From positions 26,413 to 90,412 of the forward strand of contig DASPSQ010000009.1 in the NCBI GenBank assembly GCA_035623855.1: a stretch of DNA of 64,000 nt, given 5' to 3'. Under the pieces are notes generated by a model. That model saw only the letters and a list, made by a program, of their open reading frames with translations, did not search any database and was not told the DNA's origin. The stretch's first letter is position 1. Each line of letters begins with the position of its first letter. Origin of the DNA: Thermoplasmata archaeon. Lineage in GTDB: Archaea; Thermoplasmatota; Thermoplasmata; Lutacidiplasmatales; UBA184. The translations under genes and the position numbers were made by a program. This document shows positions 1 through 9,972 of the stretch, one piece after another.

Positions 1-209
1 TCCACACCCGTCCCGACGGAGGCGATCCGTCCCACCGGTTCGTGGCCGAGGATGCCCGCGGTCCGGTAGTTCCCGCGGGCCTTTTCGAGATCGGTGCCGC
101 AGACGCCGCACTCGGCGAGCGAGACCGTTACCTCACCGGGACCGGCTACAGGCGCGGGCCGGTCCTCGAGCTCGACGGAGCCGCCGGTCGCGAGTCGGCC
201 GAACTTCAT
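1..209 (-). CDS. Zn-dependent alcohol dehydrogenase (MDR family), 5' part only; runs off the window
   Basis: Not in the ORF track. Manual translation gives MKFGRLATGG...ECGVCGTDLEK...ILGHEPVGRI, with the CGxCGTD and GHE Zn-ADH motifs. ATGA overlap with the upstream aminotransferase stop. Confidence 0.85.
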   Translation of the reverse strand, partial: MKFGRLATGGSVELEDRPAPVAGPGEVTVSLAECGVCGTDLEKARGNYRTAGILGHEPVGRIASVGTGV

Positions 210-1597
210 TCGCGGGCGCGCGCGGCCCCAATTGCGGCGTCGACGATCTCGATCGCCTCGTCGATCTCTTCCCGCCGAACGATCAGAGGCGGGACGTACC
301 GGATGGACGACTTGCCGCACGGGAGGAGGATGAGCCCGCGACGGTACGTCTCCTCGATGACCCGGTCCCGGAACTGGACCGCCGGCTCCTTCGTGCGTCG
401 GTCCTTCACGAACTCGGTGGCGGTCATGAGTCCGAGGCCCCGGACGTCGCCGATCTCGGGGTGCTGGCGAGCGAGCTCGCGCAGCCGGGAGAGGAGGTAG
501 TCCCCCTGCACCCGGGCGTTGTCGAGGAGGCGCTCCTTCTCGATCACGTCGAGGGTTGCCATGGACGCCGCGACGGCAAGGAGGTTCCCACCAAACGTGT
601 TCGAATGCGACCCTTGGACCGTGTAATCCATCGCGTAGGGAAGGATGACCGCGCCCATCGGAAGCCCTCCCCCGAGAGCCTTCGCCATCGTGATGATCTC
701 CGGCACGACGCCGTGGTGTTCGATGGCGAACCACTTGCCCGTCCGGCCCATTCCGGCCTGGACCTCATCGTCGATGAGAAGGATTCCGTACTCATCGAGG
801 ATCGACTTGATCGCCCGGTGCCATCCCGGAGGCGGGACGACGTACCCTCCCTCGCCCATGACGGGCTCCGCGAGGAACGCCGCGACGTCCTCCGGCGGAA
901 TCGAGGTCTGGAAGTAGAGCTCTTTCAGGATCTTCGCGCAGTACAGATCGCAACTTGGGAACTCGAGCTTGTACGGGCATCGGAAGCAGTAGGGTGCAGG
1001 GATGTGCATTCCCCCACCGACGAAGGGAGCGTATCGGGCTCGCTGAATGGGCTTGGACGCCGTCAACGAAAGCGAGCCCATCGTGCGGCCGTGGAACGCG
1101 CCGAGGAGGCCGATGACGATCGGCCGCTGGCGGTTCCACCGAGCGAGCTTCAGCGCCGCCTCGGCGCTCTCGGTGCCGCTGTTCGTGAAGAAGACCTTCT
1201 TTGGAAACTCCCCCGGGGCCAGCTTGGTGAGTCGTTCAGCGAGCCGGATCTGATTCTCGTAGTAGAAATCCGTCCCGGCAAAGTGGGTCAACCGGCCCGC
1301 CTGGTCTCGAATCGCCCGAACGACGTCCGGATGCGCATATCCCACAGATTGCACCGCGACCCCGGAGGCGAAGTCGAGGAGCCGGTTTCCGTCCACGTCG
1401 GTAATCCAGACCCCGCTGCCCGACGCCGCGACGACCGGTGAAGTCTTGGTGGTCGTCATGAGATACTGTCGGTCCAGCCCGACGATCCGTTGGGCATTCG
1501 GACCCGGGATCGGCGTGCGGAGGATTACCCCTCGGCGGGCCGGTTCGTGCAGCTCATCGGGATGTGGGGCAACCGTGGAGGGAGCGGGCTCGCTCAT
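206..1597 (-). CDS. Class III PLP aminotransferase (4-aminobutyrate/acetylornithine aminotransferase family)
   Basis: Motifs DVDGNRLLDF, NSGTES, AFHGRT, DEVQAGMGRTG, AKALGGG, HSNTFGGN. Confidence 0.9.
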   Translation of the reverse strand: MSEPAPSTVAPHPDELHEPARRGVILRTPIPGPNAQRIVGLDRQYLMTTTKTSPVVAASGSGVWITDVDGNRLLDFASGVAVQSVGYAHPDVVRAIRDQAGRLTHFAGTDFYYENQIRLAERLTKLAPGEFPKKVFFTNSGTESAEAALKLARWNRQRPIVIGLLGAFHGRTMGSLSLTASKPIQRARYAPFVGGGMHIPAPYCFRCPYKLEFPSCDLYCAKILKELYFQTSIPPEDVAAFLAEPVMGEGGYVVPPPGWHRAIKSILDEYGILLIDDEVQAGMGRTGKWFAIEHHGVVPEIITMAKALGGGLPMGAVILPYAMDYTVQGSHSNTFGGNLLAVAASMATLDVIEKERLLDNARVQGDYLLSRLRELARQHPEIGDVRGLGLMTATEFVKDRRTKEPAVQFRDRVIEETYRRGLILLPCGKSSIRYVPPLIVRREEIDEAIEIVDAAIGAARARE

Positions 1598-1716
1598 GAA
1601 CTCACCGAATTCCCGAGTGCGGCGGAAACGTAAAAGCGTTCACCGCGAGCCCGTCCCTTTCCGCGTCCAATGGAACGACTCCTTTTATGCCGCAATCGCC
1701 GGGTCGAGGTGCGGAC

Positions 1717-2016
1717 ATGGAATCCCGACCGGGACCCGCAGGTCTCGACGAACGCGAGGCCGAGCAGATTCACGAGATCGTCCCGGCCCGCGCCGTGCTG
1801 ACCGAGCTCGCCCGGGGGTTTCTTCTCGTCCATGAGACGAACCCCGAGGCCGCGGTCCGGTTTGCCGAGACGTTTCTCCGGGAGCAGTCCGGCCGGCACC
1901 CGGTCGCCCGAGCGGAGGCCGAGCCCCGGCCCAGCCGAGCACGGTTGGTGCTCGGCCGATTCCCGCGAGGCGCCGTAGAGCCCTCGGCATCCCCGAAATC
2001 CCCGGGATCGATCTAG
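1717..2016 (+). CDS. Hypothetical protein (~99 aa)
   Basis: ATG at 1717 preceded by SD-like GAGGTG; fills the gap between two minus-strand genes; no recognisable motif. Confidence 0.5.
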   Translation: MESRPGPAGLDEREAEQIHEIVPARAVLTELARGFLLVHETNPEAAVRFAETFLREQSGRHPVARAEAEPRPSRARLVLGRFPRGAVEPSASPKSPGSI

Positions 2017-2017
2017 T

Positions 2018-2983
2018 TCACTGGGGCGCGAGCCGTCTTCGGACGGCGAGATAGGCGGCGAAATCCTTCGGAAAGCTCCTCTGCGTCAGGCAAATACGCA
2101 CCCCGGTTGGGTCGCCGAAGAGTGAACCCGGGCAGACAAGGACCGAGGCCGCGAGGCACCTTCGGGCGAGGGTGTCTCCGTCCACGTTCGGCACCCGGTC
2201 GAAGTAGGTCGGTCCGACGGGCGAATGCGCATCGGGAAGCCCGGTCCGGAGCGCGGCCAGGTTGGACCGGACGATCGCCGTCACTTCTCGGCGGATCGTC
2301 GCTCGAGCACCCAGGCACTCTAGGGCGCCCGCAACCGAATACCGAGGGAGCGAGTCGTAGAGTAGCCCGTGAAAACGGCTGAACTTCTCCCGCTCGTCCT
2401 CCGGGGCAACCACCCAGCCGACACGAAGATCGTCCGCCGCGTAGAACTTCGTGAACGTACCGGAGACCCAGCACCCCGGTCGATTGCGGACCGAAAGGGA
2501 AGGTTGCGCCGAGAATTCCCGGAACGTCTCGTCTACCACCCAGTCCTTCGCTCCCTCGATCCAATCCTCGAGCTCGGACCGCGGCCAGAGATCACCCTCG
2601 GGATTGCGCGGCAGACTGGTGATCGCGATCGTGACGCCGCCCGCCTTTTCGGTCGGCACCCAACCGAGGGATCGAGCGGTGTCGAAAATGGGTGGGTACT
2701 CTGGATACCGGACTCGACATCGACGAGACCCGCCGAGTCGGTGACGGGCGAGAAATAGGAGGATGCTCGCGTTCGCCTCCGTCGCCCCTGGGGTGAGAAA
2801 GATACGTCGCGGATCGACTCGATGATCCCGAGCGAGAAGAGCTCGCAAGGAGTCCTCGGAAGCCTCTCGGACCTGCCGACGGGTGGGAAGCGGGTGCCGG
2901 ACCGCCCCCTCCATCCCGCTCGAACCGAGTCGATGGCGACACTCCGAGTGGTCGTCGATCCAGTCCGCGAGAGGGAATCGCAT
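2018..2983 (-). CDS. Class I/II PLP-dependent aminotransferase-like protein
   Basis: TPGATEA, PRNPEG, VVDETF, GTFTKFYAADDLRVGW (PLP lysine region). Confidence 0.85.
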   Translation of the reverse strand: MRFPLADWIDDHSECRHRLGSSGMEGAVRHPLPTRRQVREASEDSLRALLARDHRVDPRRIFLTPGATEANASILLFLARHRLGGSRRCRVRYPEYPPIFDTARSLGWVPTEKAGGVTIAITSLPRNPEGDLWPRSELEDWIEGAKDWVVDETFREFSAQPSLSVRNRPGCWVSGTFTKFYAADDLRVGWVVAPEDEREKFSRFHGLLYDSLPRYSVAGALECLGARATIRREVTAIVRSNLAALRTGLPDAHSPVGPTYFDRVPNVDGDTLARRCLAASVLVCPGSLFGDPTGVRICLTQRSFPKDFAAYLAVRRRLAPQ

Positions 2984-3103
2984 GAGCCCGTCAAGCCCGA
3001 ATGGTTTAGGAGTTCCCCCCCGTCGCGGCGGTCCGTCCCAACGTCTCGACCGGTCGCCCGTGCAAGCGAATCCTCAAAAGTGAGTTTCGCGCCGTATCAG
3101 GCA

Positions 3104-3547
3104 ATGCGCTCCGGCGAAGCGTCCGCCGCTTCGGTAGAGGTCAGCGCCAATGGGCGGGTCCTCGCGTTGTCAAGCGCCTGGTTCTCCGACGGCGAACGGC
3201 GTCGAAGGGACGCACGTCGCGCGGGGCGATGCGTGGAGTGCGGGTCTCCGCTCGCGAGCCATCGGTCCCCCTACTGTTCCCGACGGTGCCAGTGGAGGTT
3301 CCACGGCCATTACTTCTGGGATTCCGCACGGTCCTACACGATGTTGCGCGACCGGTATACGTGCCAGATCTGCGGACGACGCAAACGGGCCCGTGAGCTC
3401 GATGTCGATCACATCGTCGAGATCGCACGCGGGGGTGCCGCACTCGAGTACTCGAACCTGCAAACGGTCTGCCGAGCGTGTCACCGCTTGAAGACCGCGG
3501 AGTTCCTCCGCGCACAGCGTTCCACCCCGCGGTCTTTGGACGCGTAA
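3104..3547 (+). CDS. HNH endonuclease with an N-terminal Cys-rich zinc finger
   Basis: CVECG...YCSRRC, then RDRYTCQICG...DVDHIVEIARGG...SNLQTVCRACHRLKT. Start uncertain (GTG 3080 or ATG 3104). Confidence 0.8.
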   Translation: MRSGEASAASVEVSANGRVLALSSAWFSDGERRRRDARRAGRCVECGSPLASHRSPYCSRRCQWRFHGHYFWDSARSYTMLRDRYTCQICGRRKRARELDVDHIVEIARGGAALEYSNLQTVCRACHRLKTAEFLRAQRSTPRSLDA

Positions 3548-3604
3548 CCATCGTTCACCGCACCTTCATCTCCCCCGACGGTGCTCGGGATCCGAGGTTC
3601 ACCG

Positions 3605-4252
3605 ATGAAGGTCGGGATTCTCGGAAGTGGAGAGGTGGCCCTTCGGCTCGGCACATCGTTCATGGCGGCGGGACATGACGTCAAGCTCGGCACTCGCCAT
3701 CCGAATCAGCCGCAACTGGTCGAGTGGACGGCGAAGGCGGGACCGAAGGGATCGGTCGGCTCCTTCACCGATGCCGCGACCTTTGGTGAGGTGGTCGTTC
3801 TCGCCACGCAGGGGGTCTCCACTCCGGAGGCGATCCGTGCCGCCGGACTCCTCCCGTTCGACGGGAAAGTGGTCATCGACGCAACGAATCCGCTCGCACC
3901 GGGTCCCGATGGAACTCCCCATCTGGCTCCAGTCGCCGCGGGTTCGAACGGCGAGGCGGTTCAGGCCCTGCTCCCGAAGGCTCGCGTCGTCAAGGCGTTC
4001 AACATCATCGGCAACGCCCACATGTTCCACCCGACGTTTCCCGGCGGCCCACCGGACATGTTCATCTGTGGGAACGATGACGCAGCCAAACGAACCGTCG
4101 AAGGGATCCTTCACGAATTTGGCTGGTCGACCGTGATCGACATCGGCGGGATCGAGGGATCCCGCGAGCTCGAAGCTCTGTGCATTTTGTGGGTAAAGTC
4201 CGCGACGCGCCTCGGGAACTGGGACATCGGCTTCAAGCTCCTCCGAAAATAG
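3605..4252 (+). CDS. NADPH-dependent F420 reductase-like oxidoreductase (F420_oxidored family)
   Basis: MKVGILGSGEV Rossmann start, VIDATNP, VVKAFN. Confidence 0.85.
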   Translation: MKVGILGSGEVALRLGTSFMAAGHDVKLGTRHPNQPQLVEWTAKAGPKGSVGSFTDAATFGEVVVLATQGVSTPEAIRAAGLLPFDGKVVIDATNPLAPGPDGTPHLAPVAAGSNGEAVQALLPKARVVKAFNIIGNAHMFHPTFPGGPPDMFICGNDDAAKRTVEGILHEFGWSTVIDIGGIEGSRELEALCILWVKSATRLGNWDIGFKLLRK

Positions 4253-4285
4253 ATCGGACGTCCGCCCGTCCCTCTCGGGCGCGGC

Positions 4286-5479
4286 TCAGTCCAAGACTTG
4301 CCGAGCGAGCTCGTCCGCGGAGAAACCGATTCCGGTCCCGGTGTTGTACAGGAGCACTCTCTCTCCGGTCCGGATCGCCCGCTCCCCGAGGAGTCGGGGA
4401 AGTGCGGCATAGGTTGCCGCCCCCTCCGGCGACGCCGACACTCCGTGATGCCGCGCGAGCATCCGCATCGCCTCCACGATCTCGCGGTCCGTAACCGTCA
4501 CGCCCCCGCCCCTCGTGACCCGCACGGCTTCTAGGACCCGCTCCGACGCGAACGGCGCCGGTACCAAGAGCCCCGGAGCGATCGTGGAGGGCTCGGGCCA
4601 CGGAGTGACCTTCGCGGCCCCATCCGCGAGTGCGCGGACGACCGGGGCACACCCTCGAGGTTGGACCGCGTACAGGCGAGGTACGTGGTCGAGAGCGCCA
4701 AGGGTCCGGAGTTCGGAGAACGCTTTGGCCATCCCCACCAGCCCTGTCCCACCGCCGGTCGGGTAGACGATCGCGTCGGGGAATCGATCCGGGTACGTCT
4801 CCTCGAAGATCTCGAGGCCCATCGTCTTCTTCCCTTCGACGCGGTACGGCTCCCGGAGCGTGGACATGTCGAACGATCCGCGCTCCTTCTCCGCGCGACG
4901 AGCCTCTTCGCCGGCCTCCCGGATGGTTCCCGGGACCTCGGTCACCTCCGCGCCGTACGCTGTACAGGCGATTTGCATCGCACTCGGAGTCCGTTCCGGA
5001 AGGTAGATTCGAGCCCGGAGTCCCGCCCGTGCGGAATATGCAGCCAGCGCCACCCCCGCATTCCCGGCGCTAGGGACGAAGAGGTCCTGCAACCCGAGTT
5101 CCCTCGCACGGGAAACCGCGACGGCCATCCCCCGAGCCTTGAACGAACCGGTGGGTAGCCCGCCATCATCTTTGACAACGATGTCCACCTCCGGCGCGCC
5201 CGCCACCGGGGTCAACGGCAGGATCGACGACCCACCTTCACCAAGAGTGGCGATCGATTCGACTCGACCCACGGGAAGTAGCTCCCGGTACCTCCAGAGC
5301 GACCTCGCCCGCGTCGAGACCTGGTCTCTCCAGCGACGAAGATCGAGGCGACGGAGATCGTATACGGCGAGGAGGGCGTGCCCGCACGTCGGGCACGTCC
5401 CAACGATTCCGGCGGGATCGAACTCCGAGCAGCAGGCACGACACTCGAGCTTTGTAAGAAGGGAGCCGGTCTCACTCAC
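4286..5479 (-). CDS. thrC: Threonine synthase
   Basis: N-terminal CxxC..CxxC, LWRYRELLP, PTGSFKARG, PSAGNAG, EGKKT, PTGGGTG, YNTGTG. Confidence 0.85.
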   Translation of the reverse strand: MSETGSLLTKLECRACCSEFDPAGIVGTCPTCGHALLAVYDLRRLDLRRWRDQVSTRARSLWRYRELLPVGRVESIATLGEGGSSILPLTPVAGAPEVDIVVKDDGGLPTGSFKARGMAVAVSRARELGLQDLFVPSAGNAGVALAAYSARAGLRARIYLPERTPSAMQIACTAYGAEVTEVPGTIREAGEEARRAEKERGSFDMSTLREPYRVEGKKTMGLEIFEETYPDRFPDAIVYPTGGGTGLVGMAKAFSELRTLGALDHVPRLYAVQPRGCAPVVRALADGAAKVTPWPEPSTIAPGLLVPAPFASERVLEAVRVTRGGGVTVTDREIVEAMRMLARHHGVSASPEGAATYAALPRLLGERAIRTGERVLLYNTGTGIGFSADELARQVLD

Positions 5480-5669
5480 AGTGCGGGTCGACCGGCCCTA
5501 AGGCGGATAACCTCTCGCTCGTTTCGGGGCTCGGTCAGGAATGGGAATCGACGAGCCGGTCCCGGATCGAGCGGCCGAACAGAACCATCCCCAATCCTGA
5601 GATCCCGGGCCTGGAAATCTCGTCGAAGGAGCCCGAAACACTGAACGCATTCTCCGCCCTTCGCGTCGT

Positions 5670-6194
5670 ATGCGGGTCTCGGTCTTCGTCGGCACGAGCC
5701 TGGATGGGTTCATCGCTCGAGAGAACGGGAGCCTTGACTTCCTCGAATTGGCGACGGACGAGGACTACGGCTACCAGGCATTCCTGAAATCCGTGGACGC
5801 GGTGATCCTCGGCCGGAAGACGTACGAGACGGTTCTCGCATATCCGGAATGGCCGTATGGAGATCGGCCCGTCGTCGTGATGAGCACGACCCTTCACGAT
5901 GCCCGGGGACCTGAAGGATCCCGATGCGAAATCATGAACCGTACTCCTACCGAGGTTCTTTCTCAGCTCGACCATCGTGGGGCACGCCATGTGTACGTCG
6001 ACGGCGGGTTGACGATCCAGAGGTTCCTGAGGGACGGTCTCGTTCACGATCTCACCATCAACCGGTGCCCCGTTCTCCTCGGCGCGGGCGTCCCGCTCTT
6101 CGGCTCCTTGTTCCGGGATGTCCGATTGCAACACGTCTGGACGCGAACGTTTCCGAGCGGGTTCGTACAATCCGAGTATCGTGTCCTCCCGTGA
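5670..6194 (+). CDS. Dihydrofolate reductase family protein (RibD C-terminal-like)
   Basis: SLDGFIA, LGRKTYE, YVDGG, PVLLGAGVPLF. Confidence 0.85.
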   Translation: MRVSVFVGTSLDGFIARENGSLDFLELATDEDYGYQAFLKSVDAVILGRKTYETVLAYPEWPYGDRPVVVMSTTLHDARGPEGSRCEIMNRTPTEVLSQLDHRGARHVYVDGGLTIQRFLRDGLVHDLTINRCPVLLGAGVPLFGSLFRDVRLQHVWTRTFPSGFVQSEYRVLP

Positions 6195-6319
6195 TGATTC
6201 CCAAAGACGGAACCGCTCCAGATGAGGAGATCGCCCGGTCGAAGAGGGCTCAGCCGGGCGTAGACCGAACAGAGGGCGGGGTCACTTCCGAGGTGATTGG
6301 TACTACCCCCGATGCCGGA

Positions 6320-6392
6320 TGGGCTCGGCCGGATTCGAACCGGCGACCTTCGCTGTGTGAGAGCGACGTCGTAACCGCTGGACCACGAGCCC
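6320..6392 (-). tRNA. tRNA-Val(CAC)
   Basis: Minus strand reads GGGCTCGTGGTCCAGCGGTTACGACGTCGCT-CTCACAC-AGCGAAGGTCGCCGG-TTCGAAT-CCGGCCGAGCCCA. Cloverleaf, anticodon CAC, no encoded CCA. Confidence 0.95.
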
Positions 6393-6429
6393 GACATTCC
6401 GGGGCGAGCCTCCTAGGGGCATAAGTCTT

Positions 6430-7359
6430 CTACAATGGCAGGGCAAGGAGCGCCGGGAGGAGGAGGCCGGCCGCGAGGGTGAGGACGAGGCCGCTCGCGA
6501 GCGAAAGACTCCCCGCGTCAGCGTCCCCGTATCGCGTGACGAAGTAGAGCGTCGTGTCCATCGAGGTCGCTCCACCGAGCGCGGCGAGACCGGGGCCCCG
6601 GAGTCGTCGGCCCACGTAGGGGCTCGCGACCATCGTAAGGTTCTCGCGGAAGAAGTTCGTCAGGAATGCCAGAATGCCGAGGAGGGTACCCGCTCGGGCC
6701 GCGACCAGAGGTCCCGCGAGGGTATACCAGCCGAAGGCGAACGTCGTTGCGAACGACACCGACCACGCTGTGCCCGAGACGAGGGCGAAGGCGATCGCGC
6801 ATCCTGCGGCGGCCGCCACCGCGGAGGTCAGCGGAGCCGCGAGCTGACGAAGGCCGATCCACTGCAACTTGAGGTCGAATCCGACCAGCGCGAGCAGGAC
6901 ATAGAGGGCCCCTGTGATGCCGAGACTGCTTGGGAGGGTCGCGAAGTGGCCCAGCGCGAACCCTGCGAGCAGAGTCGCGATGAGGACGATGCCGAATGGA
7001 ACCCGCTCTCGCGTCCCGACAGGCCTCGCCGATGGGGTTGGTCCCGCCTCCCGGCGGGCGAGAAGGAGGTAGACCCCAGCCGTCGCGCCCAGGAGAGAAA
7101 CGGCCAGCGCGAGCGCGACGGGAACCGAGATCAGGAGCGAGGCGAACGGGACCCCATCCAGCAGGGTGCCGAGGAAAGCCACCAGAACGACGATCGTGAG
7201 TCGAGTGGCACGGCCCACCCACGGGCTGCGCCATCGAACGATCCGGCCCGCCGCAATGCCCGCTCCGAGCGCGACGTAGAGGAAGGGGTCGAACGCCACG
7301 AACGCGTCAGCCCGACCAGGCCGGGATCCCCGATCGGTCCCTCCGGACGCTCCCGACAT
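6430..7359 (-). CDS. LysO family (DUF340) lysine exporter-like membrane protein
   Basis: Multiple TM segments; FGWYTLAGP, NFFRE, GGATSMDTTL. Confidence 0.8.
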   Translation of the reverse strand: MSGASGGTDRGSRPGRADAFVAFDPFLYVALGAGIAAGRIVRWRSPWVGRATRLTIVVLVAFLGTLLDGVPFASLLISVPVALALAVSLLGATAGVYLLLARREAGPTPSARPVGTRERVPFGIVLIATLLAGFALGHFATLPSSLGITGALYVLLALVGFDLKLQWIGLRQLAAPLTSAVAAAAGCAIAFALVSGTAWSVSFATTFAFGWYTLAGPLVAARAGTLLGILAFLTNFFRENLTMVASPYVGRRLRGPGLAALGGATSMDTTLYFVTRYGDADAGSLSLASGLVLTLAAGLLLPALLALPL

Positions 7360-8647
7360 CGAGGCGGACGGTCTCGTCCCGGCCTGGGCCGAAGCCGACG
7401 TATTCGACGGCGACCCCGGTCTCCTCCGTGATCCGTCGGAGGTACCGGCGCAGGGTCGCCGGCAGCGCGCGGGCGCCCTCGCGGCGAATCCGCTCCTTCA
7501 GTCGCTCGTGGAACTCGGGCCATCCGGGCATGTGCTCGTAGACCGGTTGCGCCCGGGCGAGGTCGTCCGCCTGGGACGGAAGCATGTCCCGCACGGTGGT
7601 GCCGTCCGGCATCAGATACTGGACGCTGATCGGCACTTCCTCGAGCCCCCCGAGCACGTCGACCTTCGTGATCGCGAGCGAGGTGAACCCGTTGAGTCGC
7701 GTGACGTAGCGCAGGAGCGCGAGGTCAAGCCAGCCGCAGCGGCGCGCGCGACCGGTGGTCGCCCCGCGTTCCCCTCCGACCCGGCGAAGGAATTCTCCGG
7801 CTTCCCCCGTGTCCTCCGTCGGGAACGGACCGGCTCCGACGCGGGTCGCGTACGCCTTCGAGACTCCGATCACCTCGTCAACCTCCGTGGGAGGGATTCC
7901 GCTCCCGATCAGGGCCCCCGCGCTCGTCGGGTGCGAGCTGGTGACGAAAGGGTAGGTACCGAAATCGATGTCGAGAAGGGCGCTCTGCGCGCCTTCCAGA
8001 AGGATGCCCTCGCCCCGGGCGGCTGCATCCCACAGGAGGGGCTCGGTGGGTCGGATGAGCGGGGCGAGCCGGGTCCCGACCTCCGCGAGCTGCGCCGTGA
8101 GCTCCTCGCGAGGTGGAAGCCCGGGGATCTGAGCCTTGGTCGCATACAGGAGCTCGAGCCGGTCGCGCAGCACCGCCGGATGGGTCAGGTCGGAGACCCG
8201 CAATCCCCAGCGGCCCGCTCGGTCCGCGTAGGCCGGTCCGATCCCGCGCCGTGTGGTGCCGAGAGACGCATGAGGGTCCTTCTTCGCCCGGAGGTCATCC
8301 TCCCATGCGTCCTCAATCTCGTGCACCGGGAGGAGCGCGTGAGCGCGGTCGGAGATGACGACCGAGCCACGGAGGAGCCCCCGTTGCTCGAGCTCGCGCA
8401 TCTCCTCCTCGAGTCGGAGGGGTTGAATCACCATCCCGGGGCCGCTGACGCCCGCGACCCCCCGACGCAGGACTCCGCAGGCCAGCTGGTGGAGGACGAC
8501 CGCGCCCTCGGGGAGATGGATCGTATGCCCGGCGTTCGGACCCCCGCCGGTGCGCACGACGTACCGGGCGTCCGCGGCGAGGAAGTCGGTAATCTTTCCC
8601 TTCGCCTCGTCTCCGAATTGGGCCCCGACGACCACACGCACGGACAT
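7307..8647 (-). CDS. purA: Adenylosuccinate synthetase
   Basis: GAQFGDEAKGK, GGPNAGHT, GTTRRGIGPAY, EGAQ, GTYPFVTSS, GATTGRARRCGW; start set at ATG 8647. Confidence 0.95.
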   Translation of the reverse strand: MSVRVVVGAQFGDEAKGKITDFLAADARYVVRTGGGPNAGHTIHLPEGAVVLHQLACGVLRRGVAGVSGPGMVIQPLRLEEEMRELEQRGLLRGSVVISDRAHALLPVHEIEDAWEDDLRAKKDPHASLGTTRRGIGPAYADRAGRWGLRVSDLTHPAVLRDRLELLYATKAQIPGLPPREELTAQLAEVGTRLAPLIRPTEPLLWDAAARGEGILLEGAQSALLDIDFGTYPFVTSSHPTSAGALIGSGIPPTEVDEVIGVSKAYATRVGAGPFPTEDTGEAGEFLRRVGGERGATTGRARRCGWLDLALLRYVTRLNGFTSLAITKVDVLGGLEEVPISVQYLMPDGTTVRDMLPSQADDLARAQPVYEHMPGWPEFHERLKERIRREGARALPATLRRYLRRITEETGVAVEYVGFGPGRDETVRLDVGSVRRDRSGIPAWSG

Positions 8648-8779
8648 GGGACTCGACTCCCAACCTCGAGAGCGACGCCAGATAGATGTCGCTTGTGCTG
8701 GCGCACGTCGTGCGCGTCCGCGGCGTGACGCACCCTCGCACGGCACAACGATAATGAATCCCTCCCCGGTGCTGCGACC

Positions 8780-9922
8780 GTGGTCGCGCGCCGCGTGAGC
8801 TCTATCGAGATTTCGGGCATCCGGAAGATGTTCGAGGCGGCCCCCCCCAACGCGATCAATCTTGGCCTAGGAGAGCCCGACTTCAATCCGCCGAAGGTGG
8901 TGATCGACGCCCTTGCGGAAGCGACTCGTAGTGGCATGAACCACTACGGCCCTTCCGCCGGCCTCCTTCCCCTTCGGGACAAGATCGCCGAGCGGTATTC
9001 GACGAAGGATCCGAAAACCACGCGGGAGAACGTCATCGTCACCTCGGGAGGGTCGGAAGCCCTCATGACGGTCGCGTTGGCATTGTACGATCCCGGGGAC
9101 GAGATCCTGGTTCCGAACCCGGGGTTCGTGCTGTACCCGGCCCATGCGCGGCTCGTCGGGGCTGTTCCCGTCCCGTACAGTCTCCGGGCATCCCGCAGGT
9201 TCGTGCCGGACCTCAACGAGCTCGAGCGGATCGTGACCAAGCGTGCGCGGGCGATCGTCGTCAACAGCCCGTCGAACCCGACCGGCGGAGTGATCCCCGC
9301 CCCGGTGATCGACCAGCTCGTCGAGTTCGCGGATCGCCACGACCTCGCCATCATCTCGGACGAGGTGTACGAGCAGATCGTGTATGACGGGGTCGCTCCG
9401 TCGTTCTGGGGCCGCACCGACCGGGCGGTGATCGTCAACTCATTCTCGAAGACCCTCGCGATGACGGGGTGGAGGATGGGCTTCCTCCTCGCCTCGCGAC
9501 GGCTGGCGCCCGATCTCAACAAGATCCACTACCACATCATGGCGTGCCCGTCGACGCCGCTCCAGTCCGCGGTGCTTGCAGGTCTCGAAGCCGGGGACGA
9601 GGCGACGCGCGCGATGGTTCGGGAGTTCCGTGCCCGGCGCGAGCTCGTCTGCCGACTGCTGGAGCGGGTGCCCGGACTTACCCTCGTGCGACCGGCCGGG
9701 GCGTTCTACGTCTTCCCGTCGTTCACTTGGCCCCGAACGGCCTTCGAGGTCGCCACGGATCTTCTCTCTCGCGGAGTGATCACGACCCCTGGCGACGCGT
9801 TTGGCTCGCTCGGAGCGTCCCACCTGCGCCTCTCGTTTGCGGCCTCTCGAGACGCCCTCCGCCGGGGGATCGAGATCATCCGTGACTACGGCAAGAACGC
9901 CGGACTGCCGGCGCACCGATAA
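8780..9922 (+). CDS. Aspartate aminotransferase-like class I/II aminotransferase
   Basis: NLGLGEPDF, NSPSNPTG, SDEVY, SFSKTLAMTGWRMG. Confidence 0.9.
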   Translation: MVARRVSSIEISGIRKMFEAAPPNAINLGLGEPDFNPPKVVIDALAEATRSGMNHYGPSAGLLPLRDKIAERYSTKDPKTTRENVIVTSGGSEALMTVALALYDPGDEILVPNPGFVLYPAHARLVGAVPVPYSLRASRRFVPDLNELERIVTKRARAIVVNSPSNPTGGVIPAPVIDQLVEFADRHDLAIISDEVYEQIVYDGVAPSFWGRTDRAVIVNSFSKTLAMTGWRMGFLLASRRLAPDLNKIHYHIMACPSTPLQSAVLAGLEAGDEATRAMVREFRARRELVCRLLERVPGLTLVRPAGAFYVFPSFTWPRTAFEVATDLLSRGVITTPGDAFGSLGASHLRLSFAASRDALRRGIEIIRDYGKNAGLPAHR

Positions 9923-9972
9923 CCGCAGCCTCTCGGAGACCCGTGGTCCGGGAGATTCTTCGGGCCAAGTGT

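Noticed and set aside
5527..5545. GGGCTCGGTCAGG as a displaced tRNA-Val 3' end bounding a DHFR cassette
   Set aside because: Only about 8 contiguous matching bases and no T-loop sequence.
5590..5620. Hammerhead ribozyme (CTGA...GAAA)
   Set aside because: The core does not fit CUGANGA on either strand.
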